Of a stretch of DNA of 48,838 nucleotides, positions 23,501 to 35,500 are shown piece by piece. The notes below the pieces were generated by a model. That model was not told the DNA's origin, did no database searches, and was given only the letters and a program-made list of their open reading frames with translations. The stretch lies in NCBI GenBank assembly GCA_032718475.1, contig JAUCBJ010005938.1:1-48838 (forward strand), read 5' to 3'. This DNA comes from Nemertoderma westbladi (taxonomy: Eukaryota > Animalia > Xenacoelomorpha). The translations under genes and the position numbers were made by a program. The first letter of the stretch is position 1, and every line of letters starts with the position of its first letter.

Positions 23501-26500
23501 GAACAACACATTCAAGTGGCATTCAAGGACAACACACTCAAGTAAAATTCATGAACACACTCAAGTGATATTCATGAACACAAAACACTCAAGTGACATT
23601 CAAGAACAACATATTCAAGTGGCATTCAATAACAGCACACTCAAGTGACACTCATGAACACACTCAAGTGATATTCAAGAACAACACATTCAAGTGCCAT
23701 TCAAGGACAACACACTCAAGTAACATTCATGATGAACACACTCAAGTGATATTCAAGAACAACATATTCAAGTGGCATTCAATAACAGCACACTCAAGTG
23801 ACATTCATGAACACACTCAAGTGATATTCATGAACACAATACACTCAAGTGACATTCAAGAACAACATATTCAAGTGGCATTCAATAACAGCACACTCAA
23901 GTGACACTCATGAACACACTCAAGTGATATTCAAGAACAACACATTCAAGTGCCATTCAAGGACAACACACTCAAGTAACATTCATGAACACACTCAAGT
24001 GATATTCATGAACACAAAACACTCAAGTGATATTCAAGAACAACACATTGAAGTGGCATTCAAGGACAACACACTCAATTGACATTCAAGAACAACACAC
24101 TCAAGTGACATTCATGAACACACTCAAGTGACATTCGGAAACAACACATTCAAGTGGCATTCATGAACACACTCAAGTGGCGTCCCAGACCCACGTGGCA
24201 TTATAGATGGTCCAATAAAACAAACGTTAGTAATGTTTTTTTGCTGTACATGACTGCCACTTGAGTGTGATGTTCCTGCCTCACATTTCAATATTTTCCC
24301 TTGGGTTGAAACACCATTTGGTGTGCTTTTGTGGCGACCAAGTTAATTACTTATCACACAGTTTAGAGGATTTGTTTATCCGGCATTTTACAGTTATTGC
24401 ACAATAGTAAAAACATATGATTTTTTGAGCTGAAGCTGAAAACCTTCACCTTGTCTATACCTATCTGCTAAAACCTTACCTTTTGTTTCCCCGTTTAGCC
24501 ATATATTCTCTGGATGGTAAGGCGCTAAACGAGAATGAGAAGAAATTGTAGTAAATAACTACGTATAAGCCAAGACTACATAGCGCCACAATATCACCCA
24601 CTTTAGCAAGAAATGTTACTGGAAAAGTAAGGGGAGAGTGAAAAACGTAGTTCTTAGAGACAGGAGGAGAGGGGTGGAGAGGGGGGGGGGGGGGGGGACA
24701 AACAATATAAATTATATCACTAATGGAATGGAGCAGGTTCCAGCGGTGACCCGTTATTCTAACCAAAACAATAAAATCATCAGTTATCCGAATCACCTGT
24801 TACTTCCTATATTTTCCACTGGAAGTGATTCAATTTTGATTGCAATAAGAAGGCCTCCGCATTCCTATATAGATTATTGATATTGACTCCTAGGTAAATG
24901 TCTGCGCGTAAAACAGAAATGGGAAGTACTTCCGACGCAAACAAAGTTATACCTCACCAGGGGAAAATCTACGGTAATAAAAACTAAAGAAATAAATTAA
25001 AACTGAAACTTTAACCGTGATATATTAACTTTCGTTATGATTTTGGTAAGAATAACGTGCCACATTGCCACTGTAATCTGCTCCTTTCCCTTAATTGATA
25101 ATTTAACATTGATAAGAGACATTAATTCGCCGAGATAGGATTAACGTCACGCCCCCATGTCTTCCGTAACTGGAAGAACAATTCGGATTATAAAAATATT
25201 TAGAGACATAATTATCTAACAAATTATGTCAAACTCTGCCACCCAACTAATATCTATTAACAAACTGGTGGACGTTATTATTGCTCTACAGTTATTACCC
25301 AACACCTTCTAATAACACTGTATTCAGCCTACAAAATACTAATATATTATCTAGAATCTAGTAATTATAGCGACCGTTATTGCCCCTCACCTTGCGCATG
25401 CGCAAGCATGACTCACCTGCTGTTTCTCCGTCTACTCAGATAGTCTTCTAGCTGACTTCTAAACGATAAAATAAAACGGAACTCTAAAAGACACTCTCAT
25501 TGAACTGTAAGTTATTCGCGCAACATCAACACGCGTTGAAATTGTTTTGAGTCGAACATAAGAAGGAATTTATTAATTTTCGTTATCAGAAATTAAACCA
25601 AACCGATAAAAATCAAAACGAACTTTCACATCCTTAATTTATTTTCGAAACCAAAAATAAACAAATGCTTTTTAGAAATTTACAGGTATTCGTTATTTCG
25701 ATAATTCAAATTTGGTCATAACGTTGAAAATGAGATCCGTTATTTACTGGGTATGAAATTAATGACAATAATGTTTTTGCATCATATTTATGTTAGCAGT
25801 TAAGAAAACGCGCAAAGAAATAGAAAATAAGAAAGAACGTATATGTCAGTTCCGTTATGGAATAACTTACCACTAGAACTAACAATGGGGGTTACCTCTT
25901 GTCTCCAAGTTTCTGTTTATGGTACACAGAGCTACTCTATACTAACCGACCCACTGACCTGTCTGCAGGGCAGTCTGTCCTGCATAACGAACCTCAGGCT
26001 CCACTGAGAATGTTTTGAAGATAAGAATGAGAGGAGACTGTTTGTTCCAAGAGTTAAATCATCAATTAGAATAAAGAATTAGAAATAGTTAAAGTAATAG
26101 TAGTTATATAAAGAAAACACATACAGAAACGACAGTCAAGTGTCAGTATACCAATTACACAAACCATCTGTAAACATATCAACCACCACCACACACCACC
26201 CAACATTCACTTTAATTAAGTTGTCCTTGGTGACCGATTCACTCACCCCGACTTTGAGTTACCGCGTTTACCGTCTTCCGTATCATCCAGGTTGCGACCG
26301 CTAACTTTCTTTCCGATTTCAGCCAACGACCTGATAAAATTAATAGATGAATAAATTTCAAAAAGTCAACAAACTGCATCGTAAAGAAACAGAACAAGGC
26401 TTCCTGGAGTGGTCTCCGGACAATTCGTACCCGGAGAATTTGTACCCGAAATTTTTTTTGATGGGTACGAAATGTCCGGATACTGACTTGACTAGTGAAA

Positions 26501-29500
26501 GTACGCTATATTGATTTTTTATTCTAGCTAGTTTTTGCTAGCTGTTGTAGTTGTTTTAGCTCTTTGATAAATATTTTTATTCTAGAACACATTTTTTCTT
26601 TTTTTTTTGGAAAGAAATACCATCCTACTGTTAGGCCCCCCTCACACGGAGCAACTTGTTTCTGCAACTTGTTTCTGAAACTTGTTGCTGGACCCCCTCA
26701 CACACAGAAACAAGTTGCTGCAACTTGTTTCTGCAACTTGTTTCCGAAACTTGTTTCAGCAACTTGTTGCTGGACCCCCTCACACACAGAAACTTGTTGC
26801 TCAAGAAAATGACAATTATTTCAAAACAAATAGCTAACATTTCCAGTCATTTATATATAATATCAAATCACTCAATTTATCGAATATTAGCTCTAATCTA
26901 AAAATTGGATGTAAAAAAGGTTTTTTAAAAAGTTGCTGGGTATATAACTTCCAGCAACTTGTTGCTGGACCCCCTCACACACAGAAATAAGTTTCGGAAA
27001 CAAGTTGCAGAAACTTGTTGCTGGAGTCCTCACACACAGAAACAAGTTTCGGAAACAAGTTGCAGCAACTTGTTTCTGTGTGTGAGGGGGTCCAGCAACA
27101 AGTTTCAGAAACAAGTTGCAGAAACAAGTTGCTCCGTGTGAGGGGGGCCTTAGGTCAAATACTTGTTCTAGAAAAAAAACCTACATTATATGTATTCCGA
27201 CAATTCGTACCCGGACAATTCGTACCCATCATAGAAAAATTTTGGGTACGAATTGTCCGGCTACAAATTGACCAGGTACGAATTGTCTTAACTTCTCCTG
27301 AAGTGCTGAGTAATGGTTGACTTTAGTTACCAGTAGATAACTTTCGTATTATTTGGGAATCCGAGAGACCATACAGCCTTATATTATTAGGATTCGGATA
27401 CACCCAGATTACCCACAGTACTACTTGACGTCCTGCATAGCCACTCAAAGGTTTGAGTGAAATGCGACGCAAAGGCCGAAAATGTAAATAAACGAGACGG
27501 TATAGATAAAACACCAACTCGCTGAAGTACCAACAACAAAACATTAATGAAAGAACGACTAGAAAAGGTAAAGTATGATGTAACATTGTCATTAAGCGCG
27601 AACCATTAAATAAAGCGCGTCGAGACTGGGTGAAATACTATGTAACAGTAGCGTTAAGCGCGAACATTGGAGATAAAGCGCAACCAGTGTGAGTAAGGTA
27701 AGGTACGATATAAGTATATGTCATTTGTAAAGCGTGTGGTATGTAGATAAAGCGCAAACAATGTAGAGAAAGCGCAAACAATGTAGAGAAAGAGCGACTG
27801 GTGTCGATATACGACGATTAGTATGATTAATACGCAATCTTAAGTTACGACGTAACACAACGGCGTAAATACGAAGTAATTTAATAAGCGCTCTGCTGGT
27901 GAAAATATAAATAATGGTGATGGTATTACGCCTACGAGTCTGTGCTTACAGACACGCGCGATACAATGCTGCAACCACATGTCTAATGGTTAATAATGGA
28001 ACTAATATGTGTCGATATAAGCGCCAGCGAATAGTAATGAAGGATACTGATCTGTATAAACTTAAATAAAGATTGGAAACATACTTAACTTCAAGGCGAT
28101 ATAAACTGATCAAATTATGCGCAGATGCACTGTAATTAGGAAAGATGCAACAATAATATTGTTAATTGCAGTAACATATCCATAATAGAACGAAAAAAAA
28201 ATGCATTATGTTATACACGTATATACGTTGCATAAATACAATATTTCTTAAAAGGTAAGGAAGGAATCATAACATAAATAAGGATAAAATTGGACATGTA
28301 TGAGCTGTATGGTCTGGGCGGTCTAGGTCATGGTCAGGTCGTGGATAAGTGAGAAATTGTCTTGTCTGATCGTGGACATTTCATCTGGCATACCTTTAAC
28401 AAGAAATGTCATAATTTTAATAACATAATATTTGAAATAATCAACAAACAACAACAGCTCCAGAAATATAAATATATTGATAAACAAGGCGGGGTTAATT
28501 TACAAAAGATTTACCACAAAAACCAAATATTGGTATAGAAAATTAGGGTGCCATGGGCAGTACATGCCCGTCACTAAATACTATGCCACATGCAAATAGA
28601 ACAATAAGAATTGGCTTTATAATACTACCTTAGGTGTAGTGAGTTGCTACAAATCAAACAAATAGCATCACATTAATCAAATTGGAAAAAAAAAACAATT
28701 TACACAACTAAGATAACTGAAACAAGTTAAACATTATTTAATGTGCAAAAGATAAAACTTTACATTTCATTTTATCATAGTTTAATATTTGATTGTTGGC
28801 GACACGATACAGAACAATTCTTTACACAGCCGTATAAAGTTGTACATTATACATCCAGGATTATCTATATCTAGGAATCTACTAACCTACTGTGTTTTTG
28901 ATATTTTTTTCATTTACGAATAAAATATTTATCAAACTGAGTGGTTGTAATGTAAAATGGTATCTGTCTGTCTACGTGTTGTGAGTGAAGTTTCAACCAA
29001 CTACAAGGAACATTTAAATAAAACAATCCACAATAAAACACAATAAAATTCAAAACAAAAATTACAGACCATCCCACCCAAACAGCTTTTGGGTTTAGGA
29101 TGAAATTATGTGTGATTTCAATTGGGGTTGGTGATGGAGAAATAGAGGCTATCCATATCAGGTAATGATGTCCCCCTATTATAGGAGACGTTACCGGGAC
29201 ACTGACCACACTTTTAGTCCCTTACCTAACAACACTGAGTCCTTTGTGTCCACCTTGATGGCGATGGTGCTTCTTCTCGTGCTGATGGTGATGTTTTCTC
29301 AACATGACATTCTTTAGATCATCCCGCTTCTCAACTTCTACATGTCCCAGACTTATCAGATCTTCGATAATCTAATATTAGAAGAATACAAAACTTTTAC
29401 CGTTTTCTGATTTACCGTTTTCGCATTCTCACATTGACGACTCTATTTAGGATATTTGCTGCAGCCGCCTTGAACCTACTGTATTTACTTACCGTACGAG

Positions 29501-32500
29501 TACATATACAACGAGGAACGCGGGTGATAGTAGGGAGGGGGGGGGGGGGGGGTGGGGGGAGAGGGGGAGAGGGGGAGGAGAGATAGAGAGGGGATATAAG
29601 ATGGGGGTAGAGATAGGGAATAGGCAGGTTATTCAAAATTACATGGCAGGAGTGTAAGTAGGTATACTGTAAGGTGTTATAATATTATTCAAGAATGTAA
29701 ATGGAATATAAAATGGAGATGAACTTCTGAAATCTATAGATTAAACCCACCATCCCTCCCAAATTACATTAAAATATGTTTTTTTACAAAATTGCACATC
29801 ATTCTGATCCATAACCTACTGACTAATAACCCCTGTTACCCCATTATCTTATCCAGATATAATAGAATTTAGTATGAATAATATCCCATTTGGTTACCCA
29901 TGCAATAAACATGAATGGATAGAAGGATATAAGGAGGGGAGGGGGTAATAAACATATTATATTTTATAGCCCCCATCAACACAAGTGTTGATGGGGATTG
30001 GGGAGAAACACTTTCTACATAAGAATATATTATATACTTTAACTTTGCACTTTGTAGATTCATGGCCATCTTCAGTTTCACAGTCATCCTGGAATTACGT
30101 GCTTCTAACACCTTATGTATAATAGGTACAATTCCATCATAATATACCTAAAACATCTTAAAACACGTGTACGTATCTACTAATACCAAATACAAGTTGA
30201 TACAATAAGATTTAAGCGATTTGGAAAAATTAAAAAAATTTTTGGTCATATTTGAAACTGTAGCGTAGGTGCTGTAGTATGTTAGCACGTCTGATCCTAC
30301 ATATAGTTACAGGGTGTTGGTTACTAAAACTGAGTTAGGATTCAACTCAACAACAAACAAAATAATTAACCATAAAATATTTTGGATAATAAATTGTTAC
30401 ATTTTTTTTACACGTTAGATAGTGCCATGGGATAGGTGGGGTGGGGGGGGGGGGTCTACAAATTAGTGATTATTTGTTACAAAGGGTGAAAGGGGGGGGG
30501 GGGGGGTCAAAAAAACCTAAAAAATGCAATGTAATTTATGGACGGTCCCATTTAGGAGAGGAGGCCTTGACATGTTGAGTCTGACTCTAATTCTGGATAT
30601 ACATTTAACTGAGGTCATTGGTAGTTTAATTGCCGGTGATCACTTACACCTGTGTTAACCATTATATATTTGGTCAAGTTCGTAGTAGGATAGATCGATG
30701 AGAACTATTTCAAATTCAAGATGTTTTGAGAAGTTTAGGGGCTTGCTGTCATTAATTGCTGAAAAAAACAGCCTGTACTTTCGAAGACAGAATTATTCAC
30801 GGTGCCCACACAAATAATATCAATGGGCGGCGTGATGAAAGGGAGATAGATTATTGACCTTTAATACACTTCGATTATAATGGCTATGCGTTTAGTCGGA
30901 CCGCGTAAAGCAATTATATGAATTTAGACGGTAGATAATCGCATTAATCCCACACATTAGAACCGATCAATACACATAATTATAGTAACACAACAACCCG
31001 TTGGTACGTTAGCAGCTGTGCGCTCAGCATCCAAACAATTACACCGCTGCATTCACGTGGTATAGCCGCGGTATAGAGGGGGGGAGTAGGTAGGTACAAC
31101 TGCAGCGACATAATGGAATTGTGTACACAATGTGTTAGTTTGTATTGCGCCACGGAAATGTGAGAACGGAAGTTAGCGAATAATGTGTATTCGTAGGAGA
31201 ATCGTAGGAGAATTATAGGTCGATGTGGATGTGTGATTCATAACGACTGATTACAGGATTATTTTATGAAAATAATTAGCCATTACGATAATGTAATTTT
31301 TTTTGTAAATAATTGGGATGACAACACGCAACAAACTCGTGTCCGAAATTTCCGAATTTCCTTTGCTGCTTAGTAGTGGTTACAAAATTTCGGACATCAT
31401 GGCGCCATTAAATTCCGATGAATTGCGTTAGGGTCTGGAAAGACCTAACCAATAAATCCTAACCAAAACAATAAACTAGGATACGGATACGAGATATTTG
31501 AATTCAGCCATAAGGACACGAATATTTGGAACACGAATTATAGCGCTTATTTCTGTCTTATAACCTGTACATATAGTAATTCGTTTATTGTTTTGGTTAG
31601 ATTCAGACTTACTGTAACTTGTGTTTTTGGTGAAAACCTGGTATTCTTCACTGCAAAGTGAAATATAACAGCAGAAAGTCTGGTATTCTTCACATGGGCC
31701 AATTATCTGAGACAAGTAGTCTGTTCACAGTCGTGGAGATAATTACATATATAATTGTTATTAATTATCATTACAATTATAGTGTGAGAATATATAGAGT
31801 GATTAAAAATCACTACATTCTCACGTAATTGTTGTTGTAATTGTTGGTGCTGTGGGTAACTAGTGTGTAGTGTAAGTTGATTAAGAAACGTGATAGCAAT
31901 GTCTCTAAAGGTAATAATGGCCGCGCATGACAAATAGAAAAATTACTCAATGTTCAGTTTGGATTTAGTAGACTACATTTAGGTAGCGGAATAATTTAGA
32001 TATTACCTTATCAGCGATCATATCAATGTCATCTGCCTCCATGTCTAGAAGAACAGAATCTGTAGAAAGACCATGTCGCAGTTCGAATAGAGAGTGCAAC
32101 GACAAGGTCGCCACGTGGGGCTTGGACCATCTCTCGCCACCCTCCTCAACATCCTCTTCGAATTTAATCCACCTAAAAATTAAATAAATAAGAGGGTTAA
32201 CAAGAACAAAGCCCGAGGAAAACACAACAACATCTTTCCTGGCACAAGTTCTTATGAGCCACAGTGGAAAGTGTATTTTTATACGGGGGTGAGACCTGGA
32301 CACTGACGAAATCACTTGAACAACGAATTGATGGTTGCTACACAAGACTACTAAGGGCAGCCCTAAACATCAGCTGGAGACAACACATGACAAACGCCGA
32401 GCTTTATGATACAATACCACCTGTATCAATCACCCTCTGTGAACGCAGATTAAGATTCAGTGGGCACTGCTGGCGAAGTAAAGACGAGGTCATACCAGAT

Positions 32501-35500
32501 CTACTTCTCTGGCAACCAACTCATGGAAAGCGTAGTCGTGGACGACCGGCTATAACATATATAGATCAACTTGAAAGGGATACCGGTACTGAACTTGGGA
32601 GAAACGAAATTGCGACAACTATGGAGAATCGGGAAGACTGGAAGGATCTCATTTCCACACAACTTTGTAGCAGAAATGATTATTGTGGATCCGGATGGAG
32701 GTTATACGATGGCTTATATTGGAAACAAATTAACTATCTATTAGGAAAAGGGCGCGACAATAATACGGGACAAGAAATAAAGACTTTAAGAAAACAATTA
32801 AGGAGAGAGTGGGGGGGGGGGGGGGGGGCACGTTATTTTAACCAAAACAATAAACTAAACACAATAGAACAGGTTGCAGTTGTATTTGTGAGAGTCTTCT
32901 GTTATTTGCGTCCAATTTCCCCTGGAGAGGGATTAATTTTTATTGCGTTCAGTTTCCCCCCTATCCGCAATTAATATATTATATTAAGATAATGATATAC
33001 AATGCAAGGCAATATTGGTAGCATTTACAATGCCCTGTACTTGACAGATAGCTAGAAACCCACTCTGGCTGGAGTGAAGATATATCTCGGCATTTAAATT
33101 ATTCAGTACATTAGATAGTATTTAATAATAAAATGTATAATGATTTAGTAGAAAAGATAATGTGATCATCATCATCTACTGAGTAACCCACTCAACCGCT
33201 TCTGTACCAGATGACCTTTACGATTACTAAGGACAATATATACTTCCTTCTAATTGTCCATGATCAAGGAGTATACGGGTGTGGTATGGTATACTGTGGT
33301 TGGTAGTATGATAACTTATTGCCTAAAACCTTGTCCGTGCCAACCAACCAAAATAACGTAACAGTACAGAGGAGGCACCGGTAGTAAATATGAAACCTCA
33401 CAGCACAACCCGAATATTTCTATGCCATGGGGATATTAATATCGGGCATAGTTAACTTTTAAGTAAGGGAATTGCGCAGATATTAAGGTGTAATAAGTGT
33501 GCAACAAGGCCGACTCAAGGCAAAATATTTTTCACAGAAAAGGGAATGGGGGCGATTTACACTTATTAACTTATTAAGACTTCTTTTAATCCTGAACGAA
33601 CGACCCGATAAACATCAATTAACCAACTTCGTCGCTCTGAATATCCCGAATTGCGGGATGAGATATTGTATAATCTGATTGATGCACTAGCCTTGGAGGG
33701 ATAGAACGAGGTTGAATGACTGTCAGCAACTAAATTAGTGTGCCTGAAAGCTAGCAAGGAAGGTGGGCGTGGTGGTACATAGTGACACAGAGCTGTGTGC
33801 TGCGTGTCGCCGGGGGCATCGCTTAGCGTAGATAAAAACCCAAGTGGGAAAGAGCCTTGACAAAATATAGGAAAGGAAGTAACGTGAATCAAATTCACCG
33901 TTGCGGGTTACGTTGTGTTTCGTGGCATTCCGTCCCCTGTAAGTGTCGAGTTTCATTATCGGGATATACATTGTCTATATGGCCGATCCACCAGGGGAAA
34001 ATAACGGGGCTATACTGTCAATGGAAATACGCCTCGTTAATTTAGGAGTACGCCTCACGGAATAATGAAAAGTGACAGTATATCCCTCAATTATTTGTAC
34101 TGTAGCATGCAATGTGTGCAAAATATAAGGTTCAACACAGGCGTATACGCTAACGCTTCCATCGGAGCTGACAGTTACTGCATCAGTAATTATAGGAGAT
34201 ATAGAGACAAGTAAATTTAATAAGAAACAACCCCGGAAAGCCCATCGTAACCTAGAATAACCTACGTGAGAAAAGTGGAATGGGATTTAGAACCATACCA
34301 TGGTACTATATATGTCACTATGTATAGAGTGCGAATAACATACAGGTTGGGGAAGTGAGCACAGTAACATTCGGAGATTTTCTCATGAAATTTCCGGAAA
34401 TCTCCTTGAAAGATTTCGATCTATGAGTGCATGTTGCGCAAAACAGGTTTCAAATATAAATCAGTTTGCCAGTGATCAAACACAGTAGAGAAATTCGTTA
34501 AATTTTATAAAAACAGCTCAAGGTCCAACGATTATCAATTAAAAATTATTTATCTCAATAACAGGATCTAATTATACTTTCATGTTTTCTTGACTCACGC
34601 AGACTTTTTTTTATAAATATTTATTGTTTATATTTTACACGCGCGGCAGGACGCAACGCGTAGTTGTTGACTTTATTCATTGTGTTGATGGTTTTTCAAT
34701 TATCATGTACTCTGTTGTATAACAAACGATTTCTTCTTAGCTCCTGTTTTGGCAAAATGTCTATGTAAAATCGAAATAAAACATTACCCTTTTTTTCCAT
34801 TATTCAAATGGTGAAGAATAGCCACCCTTTATAGCTCGCAGTGCAAAACATAAATACAGCACGGGGAAAATCGCCAAACTATTATTATTATTATACATTA
34901 TGATATAACTGTTTGTCAATTTCTTAATTGTATATTTTTAATCAACTGTCTAACTATTTATTAACTGTGTATTTCCAATTAGTTTTTAGCTTTGAAGGTC
35001 ACTTATTATACACTCGCAATCTTAAGTCTTAAGACACGAACAAGCGCGGTTGATTCAATAACATGAAGCTGGATAGATTAACCATTTTTGTACGATGCTT
35101 AAAGGCAGCAAAACATAAACAAACAGTAGGCCTAGCAACCCATTAACGAAAATTTAATCAACTTTTCCAGGGAAATGGGTTAGGTTGTTCCACTTAGTAG
35201 CTCCGGGGAGGATCAGCAGTTTAACCTGCTCACAGACGGGATATAGGGGGGAGATGTTGTCTGGTGATACAGGAAAGCGGACTCTCTTTACTGCAAGCCG
35301 TCACCTGCTCGAAATAGTTTGCAAGCTGCCACAGTTTGTTGCGTCGCAAACTAAGGAACACATATGCCCTCCCTACCTAGTTAGCCTTGCCATATACTGT
35401 TAATCCTTTCAATAAATACATTGCATACTGGTTGGTGTACAGTAGGTAAAACCATTAAGGTCTAACTAAGGACCGGTGTATTCGGTATTGTAAACACGAA

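Noticed and set aside
23415-24082. Three similar His-rich ORFs
   Set aside because: Products of the compound minisatellite, with GTG starts and changing frames.
27590-28030. Regulatory array of AAAGCGC motifs
   Set aside because: Irregular and degenerate; most likely decayed transposon subterminal repeats with unsupported boundaries.
32264-32974. 236-aa host gene
   Set aside because: LINE fragment reading through into unrelated repeat sequence.
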